Numbered from the stretch's first letter, positions 10,990 through 21,498 are shown. The stretch: DNA of 64,000 nt from Candidatus Thorarchaeota archaeon (GCA_029855935.1 JAGSHN010000023.1:32001-96000), one strand, 5' to 3'. The notes: generated by a model not told the origin, from the letters alone. Numbers and translations: made by a program.

Positions 10990-11802
10990 GGGGAGCTCCC
11001 TCGGTGGGGACGTGCTCGTTCTCCGAACAATAAGGCTTTCGATAGAGGGCTGCAGGAGACTATGTCACGAGCGGACTGGGCGGCACGTAAGAAACCGGTT
11101 TTCTCATTAGAACGGCATTCCCGAAGACCAAGGCATCGCACGCCCCTGAGCCGCCCCTTTGCTTAGCTACATTGTCACGAAAATGCAAACTCTGTGCACA
11201 GATGTGCAACGAGAGAGCAAGCGTCGACACATCAGGTACAGCAGTATGAGGGCCAGACAGTTGACCAACGCCAGTGCGGGCCACGTCCTCAAGAGAAAAG
11301 ATACTCAAACTCATTGAACGGACACACTTGACGGTCTACATCTAGAACGTGAAAGTGCCCGCGGCTGCCACCGGGTACACGCGGTAGAAGTGGAAGAGTA
11401 GTCAAACTCCGGGACCAATTCCAAATGTGACAGTTCAACAGCAAGCGCGCCTGCAAACACAAGGTGAAAGACATAGTCATCGCTCGGAGAAGATCTCTCC
11501 CCGTACGATGTGCAGCTCCAGAATCTGCCCTATTCTACGACTCTTCAGGCATTCGTTCCGTCTTCTCGTGGCGGGGATAGACGCAGGACCTGATTGTACC
11601 AACAAGCACGGGCGGAGACCCCGACTCGACCCGGTCACGAGTACAGCGTTAGAAACAGCCTTGGTCGAAGAATCGACTATGGCATTGGAACTCCATCATC
11701 AAATCAGCCCGCTAAATTCAGGTTTCCGCTGTCCCTGGAGTGCTCTTCTCCAAAGAAACGACTCGCTGTTGGCCAGCCATCGGGTTTCGCAGACGCCTGT
11801 CA

Positions 11803-12468
11803 CTAACCCAGAGATCTCCGAAGAAGGACCCTATTCAGACCTCTTTTTCCTCTCTTTTTCCTGATTGAGGAGCGCTTGACTACCTTCCACTTGCCTAGGT
11901 CGAAAAACAACACGTCTATCCGGTGTCCATCCTTTTGTCGGTCGTCTAGTTGTTGCACGTCATCTATCGCTTTCTCCAAGGGATTCTGATCTCGTCCCCC
12001 TCTAGAAGTTGGGACCAAAAGAATGACCTCTATCAGGTGACGGTAGCTCAACTTGTTCTTGAATTCCACCAGCTTCTCAAAGTCCTCTCCATAGCCTCTC
12101 GGGTTTGTTGTTAACTTGAACTCCACCACTGCAAGATTCAGTTGATCTTTTCCCTTGACGTGGATGATGAAGTCCGGTATTCGTCCAGTATCGAAAATGT
12201 GTTGGTAACCTTTGTTCACTTCTCCCTGCACAATAGCACCGCCAAAATCCACAACTCGCTGTTCAATCAGACACCGGAGCTGATGGTAGAACTCGTATGC
12301 GATAGGGCGTTCAAGGAATTTCAACTCTGCAGCACTATTCTGCCCTTTAGTAGACGATATCTGCTGATAGTCATAGTGAGATAGTTGACAATACTCTTGG
12401 TCCATTCTTTCAAGCGCACAGCAAACAGCATCAAGAACACCCGAACACTTGGCTTCAACTTTGTCCAT
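11803..12468 (-). CDS. Putative PD-(D/E)xK restriction-like nuclease
   Basis: ERPIAYEFYHQL helix, IPDFIIH...VVEFK catalytic-type motif, GGTGG RBS-like element upstream. Confidence 0.65.
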   Translation of the reverse strand: MDKVEAKCSGVLDAVCCALERMDQEYCQLSHYDYQQISSTKGQNSAAELKFLERPIAYEFYHQLRCLIEQRVVDFGGAIVQGEVNKGYQHIFDTGRIPDFIIHVKGKDQLNLAVVEFKLTTNPRGYGEDFEKLVEFKNKLSYRHLIEVILLVPTSRGGRDQNPLEKAIDDVQQLDDRQKDGHRIDVLFFDLGKWKVVKRSSIRKKRGKRGLNRVLLRRSLG

Positions 12469-12501
12469 TCATGTCCACCTACCTGTCCCGTTTCAAACCC
12501 G

Positions 12502-12518
12502 TAGCAATCAGATTGCTA
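12502..12518. promoter_or_regulatory. Perfect inverted repeat, candidate operator
   Basis: TAGCAATC-A-GATTGCTA lies between an AT-rich box (about 12539-12548) and the start of the 12468 gene. Confidence 0.4.
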
Positions 12519-13014
12519 ATTGCGGGGTTTGCTCGCTCAAATATGAAACCTAGCTAGTCTGATATTATGACCAGAAAGACGGCCGCCGCCCGTATTTCAA
12601 TCTGTCGGCTACACAGCAGTTGCCGAGGTGGTTCTCAGGGGAACATCGTGCAAGTTCAAACAAGCTCGCAGAATGCTTCCCAAGATGCGGTTTCAGAAAG
12701 AGCATCACAAGACGGACGGACGACAAGATACCAGCTGAAACATTGTGTCATTTCGGACTTGCTGGCCAACCGACATAGGCCGAAGCAAAAGGGGCCCGAA
12801 AGAACGACTCATCGTTCCGATGGAAGGCGACGAAGTGAATTCGGAGCAACCGTTGGGAAACTATGTTCAATGCGCGACAAGCTGTGCCCCTTGAAGCAGT
12901 TTGAAACCTATTGACCGCCTACAGGCACCACTCCGGAAGAGCCTACCATCGAAGGACAAATAATATCAGGCAGAGCAACGTCACAATGCTTGCTCAGTAG
13001 GAGGGCTGCATGCA

Positions 13015-14934
13015 GTGAAACTCAAATCAGTCCACGTGAAGCACTTTCGATGCATCCGGGACCAGACCCTGAATTGCGAGGACCTCACAATACTCGTTGG
13101 TCCGAACGGCTCTGGAAAGTCTTCCTTTCTCAGGGCCCTCGACCTGTTCTATTCCACTTCGCCAAGTTATGCACAGGATGACTTCTACGGCCGAGACACG
13201 GACACACCCATAACGATCACGGTCACATTCTCGGAGCTGGACGATGACGAGCTAGAGCTATACAAGAGATACGTGCACAACAACGAGCTATCCATAACTC
13301 GAAAACTGGAATGGCCTCCCAGGAGAGGCTCGGCGAAATACCACGGGCTTCACAAATGCAATCCCGACTTTGATGGATTTCGTAGGGCAAGTGGGTCGGA
13401 TCTGCGCCGCGAGTACAATGCGCTACGTCAGGGCAAATATAGAGAACTCCCTCCGTACTCCAACAAGGATGCTGCTGAAGGAGCGCTCAAGGATTGGGAG
13501 GATAGGAATCCGGACAGATGTGAGATTAGGGAGGACGATGGCCAGTTCTTCGGATATACCGCAGTAGGCAAGTGGGTCCTGGAGAAAGGAACACGATTCT
13601 TTCTTGTGCCGGCCGTGAGGGACGCAGCCCTTGACGCTAGAGAAGGCAAAGGAAGTCCGTTCTCGGAGATAATGGACATAGTCGTGAGAAGTACTCTGAA
13701 AGATGCCCCCAGCTGGCAAGATCTTCAGAATCTCGTAAGAGAAGAGTATCGCAAGGTAATTGGTCCCATCCGGGAGGAGAAGCTGGAACAGATAAAATCC
13801 GAACTGATGGAGATTCTGCAGACATACGTGCCAAGCGGGAGCGTAGAGATAGACTGGGACGTTGAAACAGATCCGGAGATTCCAGCACCAAGAGCTACCG
13901 TAAGGCTTGCAGAAGACGAGTTCTATTCTCCTGCGGAGCTTTGCGGTCACGGCCTACAGAGGGCACTGACCCTGGCGATGCTCCAGCTCCTTGCCAGAAT
14001 TCGTACTCGGCTCGGATCAGACGAAACGCCGAACGAACCAACCTTCATCATCGCAATTGAAGAGCCTGAGGCATATCAGCATCCCAACAGGCAGCGCCAT
14101 CTGGCAAGAGTCCTCGTCGATCTTGCAGAAAATGGGCTTCCTGGTGCTGCTGAGAGAATCCAGATTATCTGTACAACACACTCGCCTCTATTCGTAGATA
14201 TGGCAAACTGCCACAGAGTTCGCAAGCTGAGAAAGATCAAGACACAGACCAACGCACCTCCCGAAACAGTGGTTGTTTCGACCAATCTTGACACTCTGGC
14301 CCGTGAGTTAGAGCAGATTGACGGCAAGGCTCAGGGAACGTATAGTGAGAAATCAGTATTGTCGCGGCTGAGAGCAGTGATGACCCCTCAATTGAACGAG
14401 GGATTCTTTGCTGATGTAGTGGTCCTCGTGGAGGGAGAAACTGATCGGGCGGCTATCCTTGCAGTGGCAAGGATGCTGGGTCACGATCTTGAGGCATTGG
14501 GCATATCTGTGCTCCCGTGCTCAGGGAAAGGGAGCCTAGTCGGTCCTGCCGTTGTCTTCAGGAGTCTCGACATACCAATATACCTTGTCTGGGATGCCGA
14601 CACGCAGTCCGGGGGCTCCGGACAGGACGATCCTCACAACAGAAAGCTCTTCCGCCTGATGACTGGCACAGCCAATGGCTCCCCGGGCACAATTGCTTCG
14701 ACGTATGCCTGTCTGCAAACCAACCTTGAGGAAACCATTAGGACGGAGATTGGTGGTGACGTATTCGATCCCATAGTGGAGCGGTGGCGCAAGGAGCACG
14801 GAATGAAGAGAAACGCCGCAGTCAAGCGAGCTGCTGCAATTGAGGAGATTCTCAATCAGGCCGCACAACAGGGAAGAAGATGCCAGACAATCGAGGAGAT
14901 TGTCACACAGATAGTCAAGCTTGTTGAACAATAG
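13015..14934 (+). CDS. OLD-family ATP-dependent endonuclease (ABC ATPase + TOPRIM)
   Basis: GPNGSGKS, GHGLQR signature, IEEPEAYQHP, TTHSP, TOPRIM VLVEGETD and VWDAD. Confidence 0.92.
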   Translation: MKLKSVHVKHFRCIRDQTLNCEDLTILVGPNGSGKSSFLRALDLFYSTSPSYAQDDFYGRDTDTPITITVTFSELDDDELELYKRYVHNNELSITRKLEWPPRRGSAKYHGLHKCNPDFDGFRRASGSDLRREYNALRQGKYRELPPYSNKDAAEGALKDWEDRNPDRCEIREDDGQFFGYTAVGKWVLEKGTRFFLVPAVRDAALDAREGKGSPFSEIMDIVVRSTLKDAPSWQDLQNLVREEYRKVIGPIREEKLEQIKSELMEILQTYVPSGSVEIDWDVETDPEIPAPRATVRLAEDEFYSPAELCGHGLQRALTLAMLQLLARIRTRLGSDETPNEPTFIIAIEEPEAYQHPNRQRHLARVLVDLAENGLPGAAERIQIICTTHSPLFVDMANCHRVRKLRKIKTQTNAPPETVVVSTNLDTLARELEQIDGKAQGTYSEKSVLSRLRAVMTPQLNEGFFADVVVLVEGETDRAAILAVARMLGHDLEALGISVLPCSGKGSLVGPAVVFRSLDIPIYLVWDADTQSGGSGQDDPHNRKLFRLMTGTANGSPGTIASTYACLQTNLEETIRTEIGGDVFDPIVERWRKEHGMKRNAAVKRAAAIEEILNQAAQQGRRCQTIEEIVTQIVKLVEQ

Positions 14935-15132
14935 GTTCGTCTAGTCACGCCAAGATGCGAAGTCCTTTCGACTACGACTCTCAGAAACCTCAGAGTATGT
15001 CCGGATAGACAGTACCTCTCTCGTATGCCGAGAGGTTCCCAGCGGTGACAATCCGCCGACGATGGACGCGACACGGGCAATAGCCCCGAGATTCCCATAG
15101 ACGTAGGACAGGCTATGTGCCAAAACCTCTAA

Positions 15133-16221
15133 ATGCCCCTTGGGCACACAATCGTTGAGGGGTCATCTCTGAGGGTACTCCACACGTCGGATCTCCATCT
15201 CAGTGCGGGCAACCCGCGCACACTCGAAGCCCTCGAACACATTCTAGATGTGGCAAGGCAAGAGAACGCAGATATCGTCACCATTGCTGGTGATATGTTT
15301 GACTCTGCCAGAGATGCAAACGAACTGCGGCCACAGCTAAGAGATCTGCTATCCGAAAACGGCTTTGAGATCCTTGTCCTCCCCGGGAACCACGACGCCA
15401 CGGCCTTTACCCAGAATACATTCTACGGCAATGATGTGTTCCCGCTGATCGATAAGCCTGTTACTGTCAGAGAATATGAAGACCTCCTCATCGCGGGCGT
15501 GCCATTCCGCGAGAGGCTGGACGATGATGTAGCACTCCGAATTCGAGAAGTTTCGGACTTCACAGGCACGAAGATCCTCTTGCTGCACTGCACCCTCGAT
15601 ATCGGCCTCGGGAGCGGTGGCTTCGGCGAAGAAGAGGCGATTCGCTACATGCCTGTGTCTTCAGCCAAGCTGGCCGGGCTCGGTTTCGACTACATCCTGG
15701 CTGGCCATTTTCACTCTTCGCTGCACGAACAGAAGCTTGCAAGCGGAGGACTGTTCGTCTACCCGGGGTCACCAGTCTCTCTGACAAGGAAGGAGCGAGG
15801 GCGGCGATCCGCCTATCTCATTGACACTGAGAGCAAGAAGACGCAGGCCATAGAGCTCTCTACGTTCTACTGTGATGAGCTCGAGGTCACAATCTCGCCG
15901 GGTACAGAGAAGGCGTGGGTCGAACAAATCGAACAATGGGCCAAGCATCACAAAGGAAAGAACTGTGACGTCAGGGTCATCGCGAAGGGGTTCACCGAGA
16001 TGCCAGAGGCTGAGCTGAAACAACAGATTGAGGCTGCAGCCGGGGGAATTCACGTTGACTTTCGCGTCCGTGGCATTGAGAACATCCTCCGATACCCCAT
16101 ATATCAGAGATTCAAGCAGCGACTTCTTAATGATGATGGGATCGACGACAAGGAGAGGGTAGATATGATGATGCTCACGGTCGTGTCTCGACTGGCGGAA
16201 GAGGGGGAGCTTGACCTATGA
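15133..16221 (+). CDS. Mre11/SbcD(YhaO)-like metallophosphoesterase DNA nuclease
   Basis: HTSDLH, AGDMFD, PGNHD, LHC, AGHFH, YPGSP. The true start may be about 12 codons downstream. Confidence 0.9.
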   Translation: MPLGHTIVEGSSLRVLHTSDLHLSAGNPRTLEALEHILDVARQENADIVTIAGDMFDSARDANELRPQLRDLLSENGFEILVLPGNHDATAFTQNTFYGNDVFPLIDKPVTVREYEDLLIAGVPFRERLDDDVALRIREVSDFTGTKILLLHCTLDIGLGSGGFGEEEAIRYMPVSSAKLAGLGFDYILAGHFHSSLHEQKLASGGLFVYPGSPVSLTRKERGRRSAYLIDTESKKTQAIELSTFYCDELEVTISPGTEKAWVEQIEQWAKHHKGKNCDVRVIAKGFTEMPEAELKQQIEAAAGGIHVDFRVRGIENILRYPIYQRFKQRLLNDDGIDDKERVDMMMLTVVSRLAEEGELDL

Positions 16222-18221
16222 GGTTGAAAGAGCTCAACATCATCCGATATGGACCCGTGAGGGACCGCAGGCTCACGTTTGAGGAGAGCGTCAATCTCAT
16301 CTACGGCCCGAACGAGTCCGGCAAGACACTCTCAATAGATGCCCTGATCAAGCTCCTCCTTGGACGGGAGAGAATCCAGAGATGGGACATCGACCGTGTC
16401 GAGTCAAAGCCCAACGGGTACGCAATCATAGAGATTGGGGGCGAAGAAATAGAGCTCACCGGCTCCAAGTCATTGATTGACGTAATCGAGATGGATGACA
16501 CCGAACTTGCAGTAGACGACCTGAGAAACGTGTTCATCATTCGAGACTCGGACCTTCGAACTCACGATTCCCCCAGGTATTTCGAAACGCTTGTGGATCG
16601 GGTATCGGGAGCACGACTTGCGGAGATCGAGAAGATAATAGAAGAACTCGAGAGAGAGGGACGCATAACACCGAAAGGTCAACTCACGGATCGTCAAGAC
16701 ACGGGAAAGCTCGCAACTCGTGTCCGAGATGCCCGCAAACTGTTGAACGCGATTGAGGAGTTTTTCCAAAGACCGGAAACGCATGAATATGAGGAATTGG
16801 AATGGGAGTTTGTCAGGAAAAAGACCCGACTAGAAATCTTGAAACAACACTGGGAGCGACTTGAGCAAGCCAAAGAGCTGTACGAAGCTGTTGAGATTCG
16901 AAACAGTATCAGTGTCATTGAGGGACTCTTGAAGGAACGACAGCGATACGACAGGAGCCAAATCAGCAATCTAAGGACAAAGGCAGAACAGGCTAGGGCT
17001 GAGTGTGAGTTCATTGAGGCGAGCAAAGAAAAGATTGAATTCTTGTCCAGAACGGTACTCGTCTTTGCATTTCTGTCGATGATTGCCCTGGTTCTGGCAG
17101 TGCTTGTGAATCCGTTGGCTCTAGCAGGTCTAGTTGTGTTCGCAGTCCTGACAACGCTTCACGTGGGAAGAATTCTGTCAATCAAGGACGACGAAGCCAA
17201 GTTTAGGTCCAAGGCTCACACTCTTCTGATGGAGGCTAGGGCTGTTGGTATCAAATGCGATGACGTGGATGCACTATGCGAGAAACTCCGAAGCGTCTTG
17301 GACCGCGCGGACGAGGTCCATAACAAACTGATAGGACATTGGTCGGTCTTGGCAGACAAGTTCAACTTGCCAATGGATGCAAACCCCGAGGACCATCTCC
17401 CTTCGATAAGAAACGATATCGAAATGAGACTCATGGCACACAAAGGTATTGATGCTGACAACTTCGATTCAGAAGAGTACGAGAGAGTTAGGCAAGAAAT
17501 GCGCGAACTCGGCGAAGAGATTGAGGGATATGAGAAGAAACTTGAGTACTACCGGGATAAGCTTCAGGAATTTGAGCGCACAACGAACCATGTACTAAGA
17601 GCTGATTTTTCCGGCAGTGATGGGGGCTTGGAAATAGGCTCTCTTGAAGCACTGAGGGCAGCTCGGTCGAAACTAGAAGAGTTCATAGATCGGGTCGAGA
17701 CCCGTGCCGATACCGCTAGAGAGGCAATCAAGATACTCAAGGAGGTGCGCAATGAAGAGAGAAGCTCAATAGGCAATCTCTTCAAACCCGATGGACCTGC
17801 AACCCGCACCTTCGCAAGAATCACGAAGGGGGCGTATTCGGAGGTGCTGGTGAACAGGGACGGGTCAGCAATCCACGTCCGTCGGGCCGGAGGAGAGCTC
17901 ATTCCCCTTGAGAAGCTGAGCAGGGGAGCAACCGACCAGCTCTATCTGTCAGTACGGATTACGCTTGCGAAAGAGATTCTGGGAGAAGAGCCGGGGTTCT
18001 TCGTCATGGATGATCCCTTCTTGGCCTCAGATATGGGTAGGCTACGTGAGCAGGTAAGCATATTGAAGGAGCTGGCCCAAGAGGGATGGCAGATCATCTA
18101 CTTCACCTCCAAGGAGGAAGTGGTGACCGCGTTCAGGGAGATGGTGGGCGTTAAAGCGAAGTCATTGAATACGCTTCAGGGCCTGATACCGCCAGAGGAA
18201 GTTTCCCAAGCGGAGCCGTGA
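16218..18221 (+). CDS. Rad50/SbcC-like (YhaN, AAA_27-type) coiled-coil ATPase with internal TM hairpin
   Basis: GPNESGKT, long coiled coils, LSRGATDQLY signature, VMDDPF, YFTS. ATGA overlap with the nuclease gene. Confidence 0.88.
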   Translation: MRLKELNIIRYGPVRDRRLTFEESVNLIYGPNESGKTLSIDALIKLLLGRERIQRWDIDRVESKPNGYAIIEIGGEEIELTGSKSLIDVIEMDDTELAVDDLRNVFIIRDSDLRTHDSPRYFETLVDRVSGARLAEIEKIIEELEREGRITPKGQLTDRQDTGKLATRVRDARKLLNAIEEFFQRPETHEYEELEWEFVRKKTRLEILKQHWERLEQAKELYEAVEIRNSISVIEGLLKERQRYDRSQISNLRTKAEQARAECEFIEASKEKIEFLSRTVLVFAFLSMIALVLAVLVNPLALAGLVVFAVLTTLHVGRILSIKDDEAKFRSKAHTLLMEARAVGIKCDDVDALCEKLRSVLDRADEVHNKLIGHWSVLADKFNLPMDANPEDHLPSIRNDIEMRLMAHKGIDADNFDSEEYERVRQEMRELGEEIEGYEKKLEYYRDKLQEFERTTNHVLRADFSGSDGGLEIGSLEALRAARSKLEEFIDRVETRADTAREAIKILKEVRNEERSSIGNLFKPDGPATRTFARITKGAYSEVLVNRDGSAIHVRRAGGELIPLEKLSRGATDQLYLSVRITLAKEILGEEPGFFVMDDPFLASDMGRLREQVSILKELAQEGWQIIYFTSKEEVVTAFREMVGVKAKSLNTLQGLIPPEEVSQAEP

Positions 18222-18405
18222 CATCTCGGCAATGCGATGCGAAGCGAAGGGGCTGTGCCGAACAAGGCTGCAGAGCGTTCAGCCAGTAGGCGAATGAAAG
18301 CAGTCCAATACCTGGGCCTGCCCGAATGCGTGTCCGGTAAGGCGGAACAGGGGCTAGCACAAGTTCCAGTCAGCGCTGACGCGTCGCCTGAACCAAACGC
18401 TCCCA

Positions 18406-19164
18406 CTACTCGTATATCTCCGAGATACTCGCAATCTCTCTCATCAGAAGCGTGATCTCGTCTAATAGCTCTTCACCCTCGTCGGGGTCCTGGGTCCGTA
18501 TGAGCTTGTCCTCATACATCCGGATAAGTCGCACCAGCTTCCTGTATCGCGGTAGAGGGAACTGTTCGGGGATCTCACCGAAGATGTAGCCCCGTTGTGG
18601 GGACAGATGTTCCTCGGCCGCTATATTTGCAATTTGAGTGATGGGAACCCAGATCTCCGCCAGAGTCCCGTCGTCATCTTCACTCGCCTTAAAGTAGGCC
18701 CCAATCTCGACGTCGTACTCGCCAAGGGTGCCTCGCAGTATGCTATCTGCGCGGACGTATCTCCATCCTCTTGCCCGTTTCTTCTTTCGGAGGGCAACAA
18801 CTATCTCAACCTCACCGTCCTCACGGTTTTCGCGAATGTACTCGCGGTCATCCTCACTGAGGCGGCAGGTCGGCGGTATTCCCCCAAAGTCGGTGTGAGA
18901 ATGAAACTCGCCGACTATGAAGTCCCAAGACAGAAACGCCAAGACCTCCTCAATACGGGCATATCTGCGGAAATTCGGCTCCACTGATGTGTATCGTCGC
19001 TCGGAGGACTGGAGAGCCACAACTGAGTTGACCACAACTTTGCCCGCCGAACCGAAGATGTCGCCCATCAATACACCTGTACATTCGCGCTTGTAGACCT
19101 CAATCGCATACCCGAGCATCTGTGCAAAGGCAGGTGCCCGGACGAAGACTGTTTCAATCTCCAA
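18406..19164 (-). CDS. JAMM/MPN+ (JAB) domain metallopeptidase with C-terminal helical extension
   Basis: RECTGVLMG (catalytic E), VGEFHSH, LSEDD (S..D). Confidence 0.8.
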   Translation of the reverse strand: MEIETVFVRAPAFAQMLGYAIEVYKRECTGVLMGDIFGSAGKVVVNSVVALQSSERRYTSVEPNFRRYARIEEVLAFLSWDFIVGEFHSHTDFGGIPPTCRLSEDDREYIRENREDGEVEIVVALRKKKRARGWRYVRADSILRGTLGEYDVEIGAYFKASEDDDGTLAEIWVPITQIANIAAEEHLSPQRGYIFGEIPEQFPLPRYRKLVRLIRMYEDKLIRTQDPDEGEELLDEITLLMREIASISEIYE

Positions 19165-19687
19165 TAGGTACTTTCACCCTGTTCCCTTTCCACGGAGTTC
19201 TTGTTTCCCCGCACTAAAGACTTGCGCTGGGTATTTGACAAGCTGCTCCAAGGTCCCTAAGCAATGTGGCCCAATCTCAAACGCCAAACCAGACTCTCGG
19301 AGGGTGCTCGGTCATTTGTTTCAGTGATCGACCCCAAGAGTGTGAACAGGCCGGCACTGAGGATGACTGGAGAACTGCGTGATGTATACTCAGTGAGGCA
19401 GGTTAGGCGCCAAGCCTCTCTCGATAGGCCAAGAGTGGCGACAAGCTTGGCGGGTCAGATGTGATTTCGGGCAGGCTGAATCTGCCAGTACACTAGCCTG
19501 GGCAGGAAGAAACTGAGCATCGGGGCAATGAAGGCGCTGGTACACCCGGAGCTTACACAGTCCCTTGGCGGCGTCCCCTCTGAACAGGCATTCATCGGGC
19601 TTTCAGCGGCATATGAGCACAGCATCCGCGTGACGACTCGTCGAACTGCGCTGAGAGAGAACTGGCATCGCCCCTTGAGGAGAATCA

Positions 19688-20215
19688 TCACAAGAATTTT
19701 CTCACGAAGTACCTGAAAGATTCACTTCTACGTTGTGCAAGCGAGGGGTCGAATCTCTCGATGATTCTATTCATAAATACCGAACGCGGTATCGACTGCG
19801 GTATTATGATATTGAACCACTGTTTTGTGACACGTGGCGGAATCGCGAGCCTCCTGACACCAGCAATCTGCCGAAGAATTTCTCTCTCAATTCCCGCGAC
19901 ATACCACGCCTCTATCTCGGGTATGACAACTACTATGCGCTGCTCGTCCCCAATCCCATATCGTCCGGCTATTTGGTTTCTCAGTGCCGTCACACAGGGA
20001 TAGCGATCCAGATCCCGAACAAGGACATACTCAGTACTCTTCCGTTCCAAGGTATGAATGAATTTCCGAATTTTCCTTTTCTCCATCTGAGCGTACTTGA
20101 CGATTTGAACACGATCATAGTGTTTCTCAAGACGTGAACAAAGGATTCTCCTGAAGAAGCGTTCGTCGTCATCCCCTTCGACGAAGACATAGAAAGACGA
20201 CATTTCTTTCGACAC
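19688..20215 (-). CDS. Small TOPRIM-like protein (DUF4276/DUF4435/RloB-like)
   Basis: FVEGDDD, VRDLD, PEIEAW. Starts 2 nt after the ATPase stop. Confidence 0.75.
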   Translation of the reverse strand: MSKEMSSFYVFVEGDDDERFFRRILCSRLEKHYDRVQIVKYAQMEKRKIRKFIHTLERKSTEYVLVRDLDRYPCVTALRNQIAGRYGIGDEQRIVVVIPEIEAWYVAGIEREILRQIAGVRRLAIPPRVTKQWFNIIIPQSIPRSVFMNRIIERFDPSLAQRRSESFRYFVRKFL

Positions 20216-20217
20216 CG

Positions 20218-21498
20218 CTACTGCAGAATGCCCTGCACGAATAGGTCATCCACACCGAGATCGTTCTCCAGAAACGCCATTACCTCCTCGTCATTTCTTG
20301 GACGCGTGACCTGCGAATATCCATCCTCGTCCCGCGTAACAAGGAGAAGGTTATCAATACCAGCGTGCTTGACCACTTCGGGGTTGTGCGTTGTAATTAT
20401 CACCTGTTTGTTCATTCGGCTCGAGACCTCTTTCATCATATTCACAATCTTCGAGATGAGTAGAGGGTGAATGTTTCGCTCGGGCTCCTCTATGATAACG
20501 AGAGGGTTCTTTTCGAAATACAATGCGATTACCAACGTTGTGACATTCACCGTACCATCTGAGATCAGAAAGGCTGGCAGGAACCGTTTCTGTGAATAGA
20601 TCTCTCTGATGCTGGCGAGAAGCGATTTGTCCGGAAGTCTCTCTACCGTGAAGTCCTCTACGAGTGGCAGGACATCCTTCACTAATGACGAGATCAGGTC
20701 CCGGTCTCGCTTATTATCCAAGATGCGCTTCAGAATCAGGGGCAGATTGCTACCGTCTGGCTCAAGCTCGGTCTTGCCAGTGACGGGAGTTGCACGTTTC
20801 ATAAGTCGCGGATCAAAATCGTAGATAGAGATGTTACGCAGATAGTGTGCCAAGCTCGAATAGAACGGTGAAAGAAGGACTGGATCTTCAATGGAGAGTC
20901 TTCGTGGGCGCGGACGGGCAGCATATCTCATATCTCGCGCTAGAGACAGGTAGAAGAAGCGTTCTATGCGTGTGTCCGAGAGGGAATCAGACATTTCCAT
21001 CGTCACTCTGCGACCATCATTGATAGTAGTGATAGTGCCTTTGCGAACTTCTCCACGGAGCGCATCACCACCGTTCGGCCGGCGAGTCCCGTATTCACAC
21101 ACTGCCGTGAGTTTGTCCGACACTCCCGAGTAGTCCAGTTTGCGTTTGTAGAACCTGATTGAGAGTTCGTAATCGTACCGACTGACGGAGAGATAGGCAT
21201 CTCGAGATATCCGCAAGATGTCTCTTGCTTCGAGTGAGAGTTGGATGGACAGGTCACGCAAAGAACCTATGGCAAGATTGCGTAAGTAGGCCACTCCACC
21301 TTGCATCGAAATAGCGTTCTCCAACCCCATCGTGGTGATATCCTTGAGGAACCGGAACAGGGCGATAAGATTGGATTTTCCTGAGGCGTTCGGTCCGACT
21401 ATCACGTTGAAGTCGCCCAACTCAATCTCCGTTTCATTGAAGGTCCTGAAATTGCTCACCCTTATTCTTCGGATCCTCGTTGTGTCCTTCGGTCGCAT
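20218..21498 (-). CDS. AAA_21-type ABC ATPase (AriA/PtuA/RloA-like)
   Basis: NFRTF, GPNASGKSN, DGSNL, ISDGT signature, IEEPERNIHP, TTHNP. Confidence 0.9.
   Translation of the reverse strand: MRPKDTTRIRRIRVSNFRTFNETEIELGDFNVIVGPNASGKSNLIALFRFLKDITTMGLENAISMQGGVAYLRNLAIGSLRDLSIQLSLEARDILRISRDAYLSVSRYDYELSIRFYKRKLDYSGVSDKLTAVCEYGTRRPNGGDALRGEVRKGTITTINDGRRVTMEMSDSLSDTRIERFFYLSLARDMRYAARPRPRRLSIEDPVLLSPFYSSLAHYLRNISIYDFDPRLMKRATPVTGKTELEPDGSNLPLILKRILDNKRDRDLISSLVKDVLPLVEDFTVERLPDKSLLASIREIYSQKRFLPAFLISDGTVNVTTLVIALYFEKNPLVIIEEPERNIHPLLISKIVNMMKEVSSRMNKQVIITTHNPEVVKHAGIDNLLLVTRDEDGYSQVTRPRNDEEVMAFLENDLGVDDLFVQGILQ

Noticed and set aside
14940-15100. Several short hairpins between the OLD and Mre11-like genes (also 25412-25475 and 54350-54385)
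   Set aside because: Stems are short or imperfect and expected by chance at this GC content, with no shared motif.
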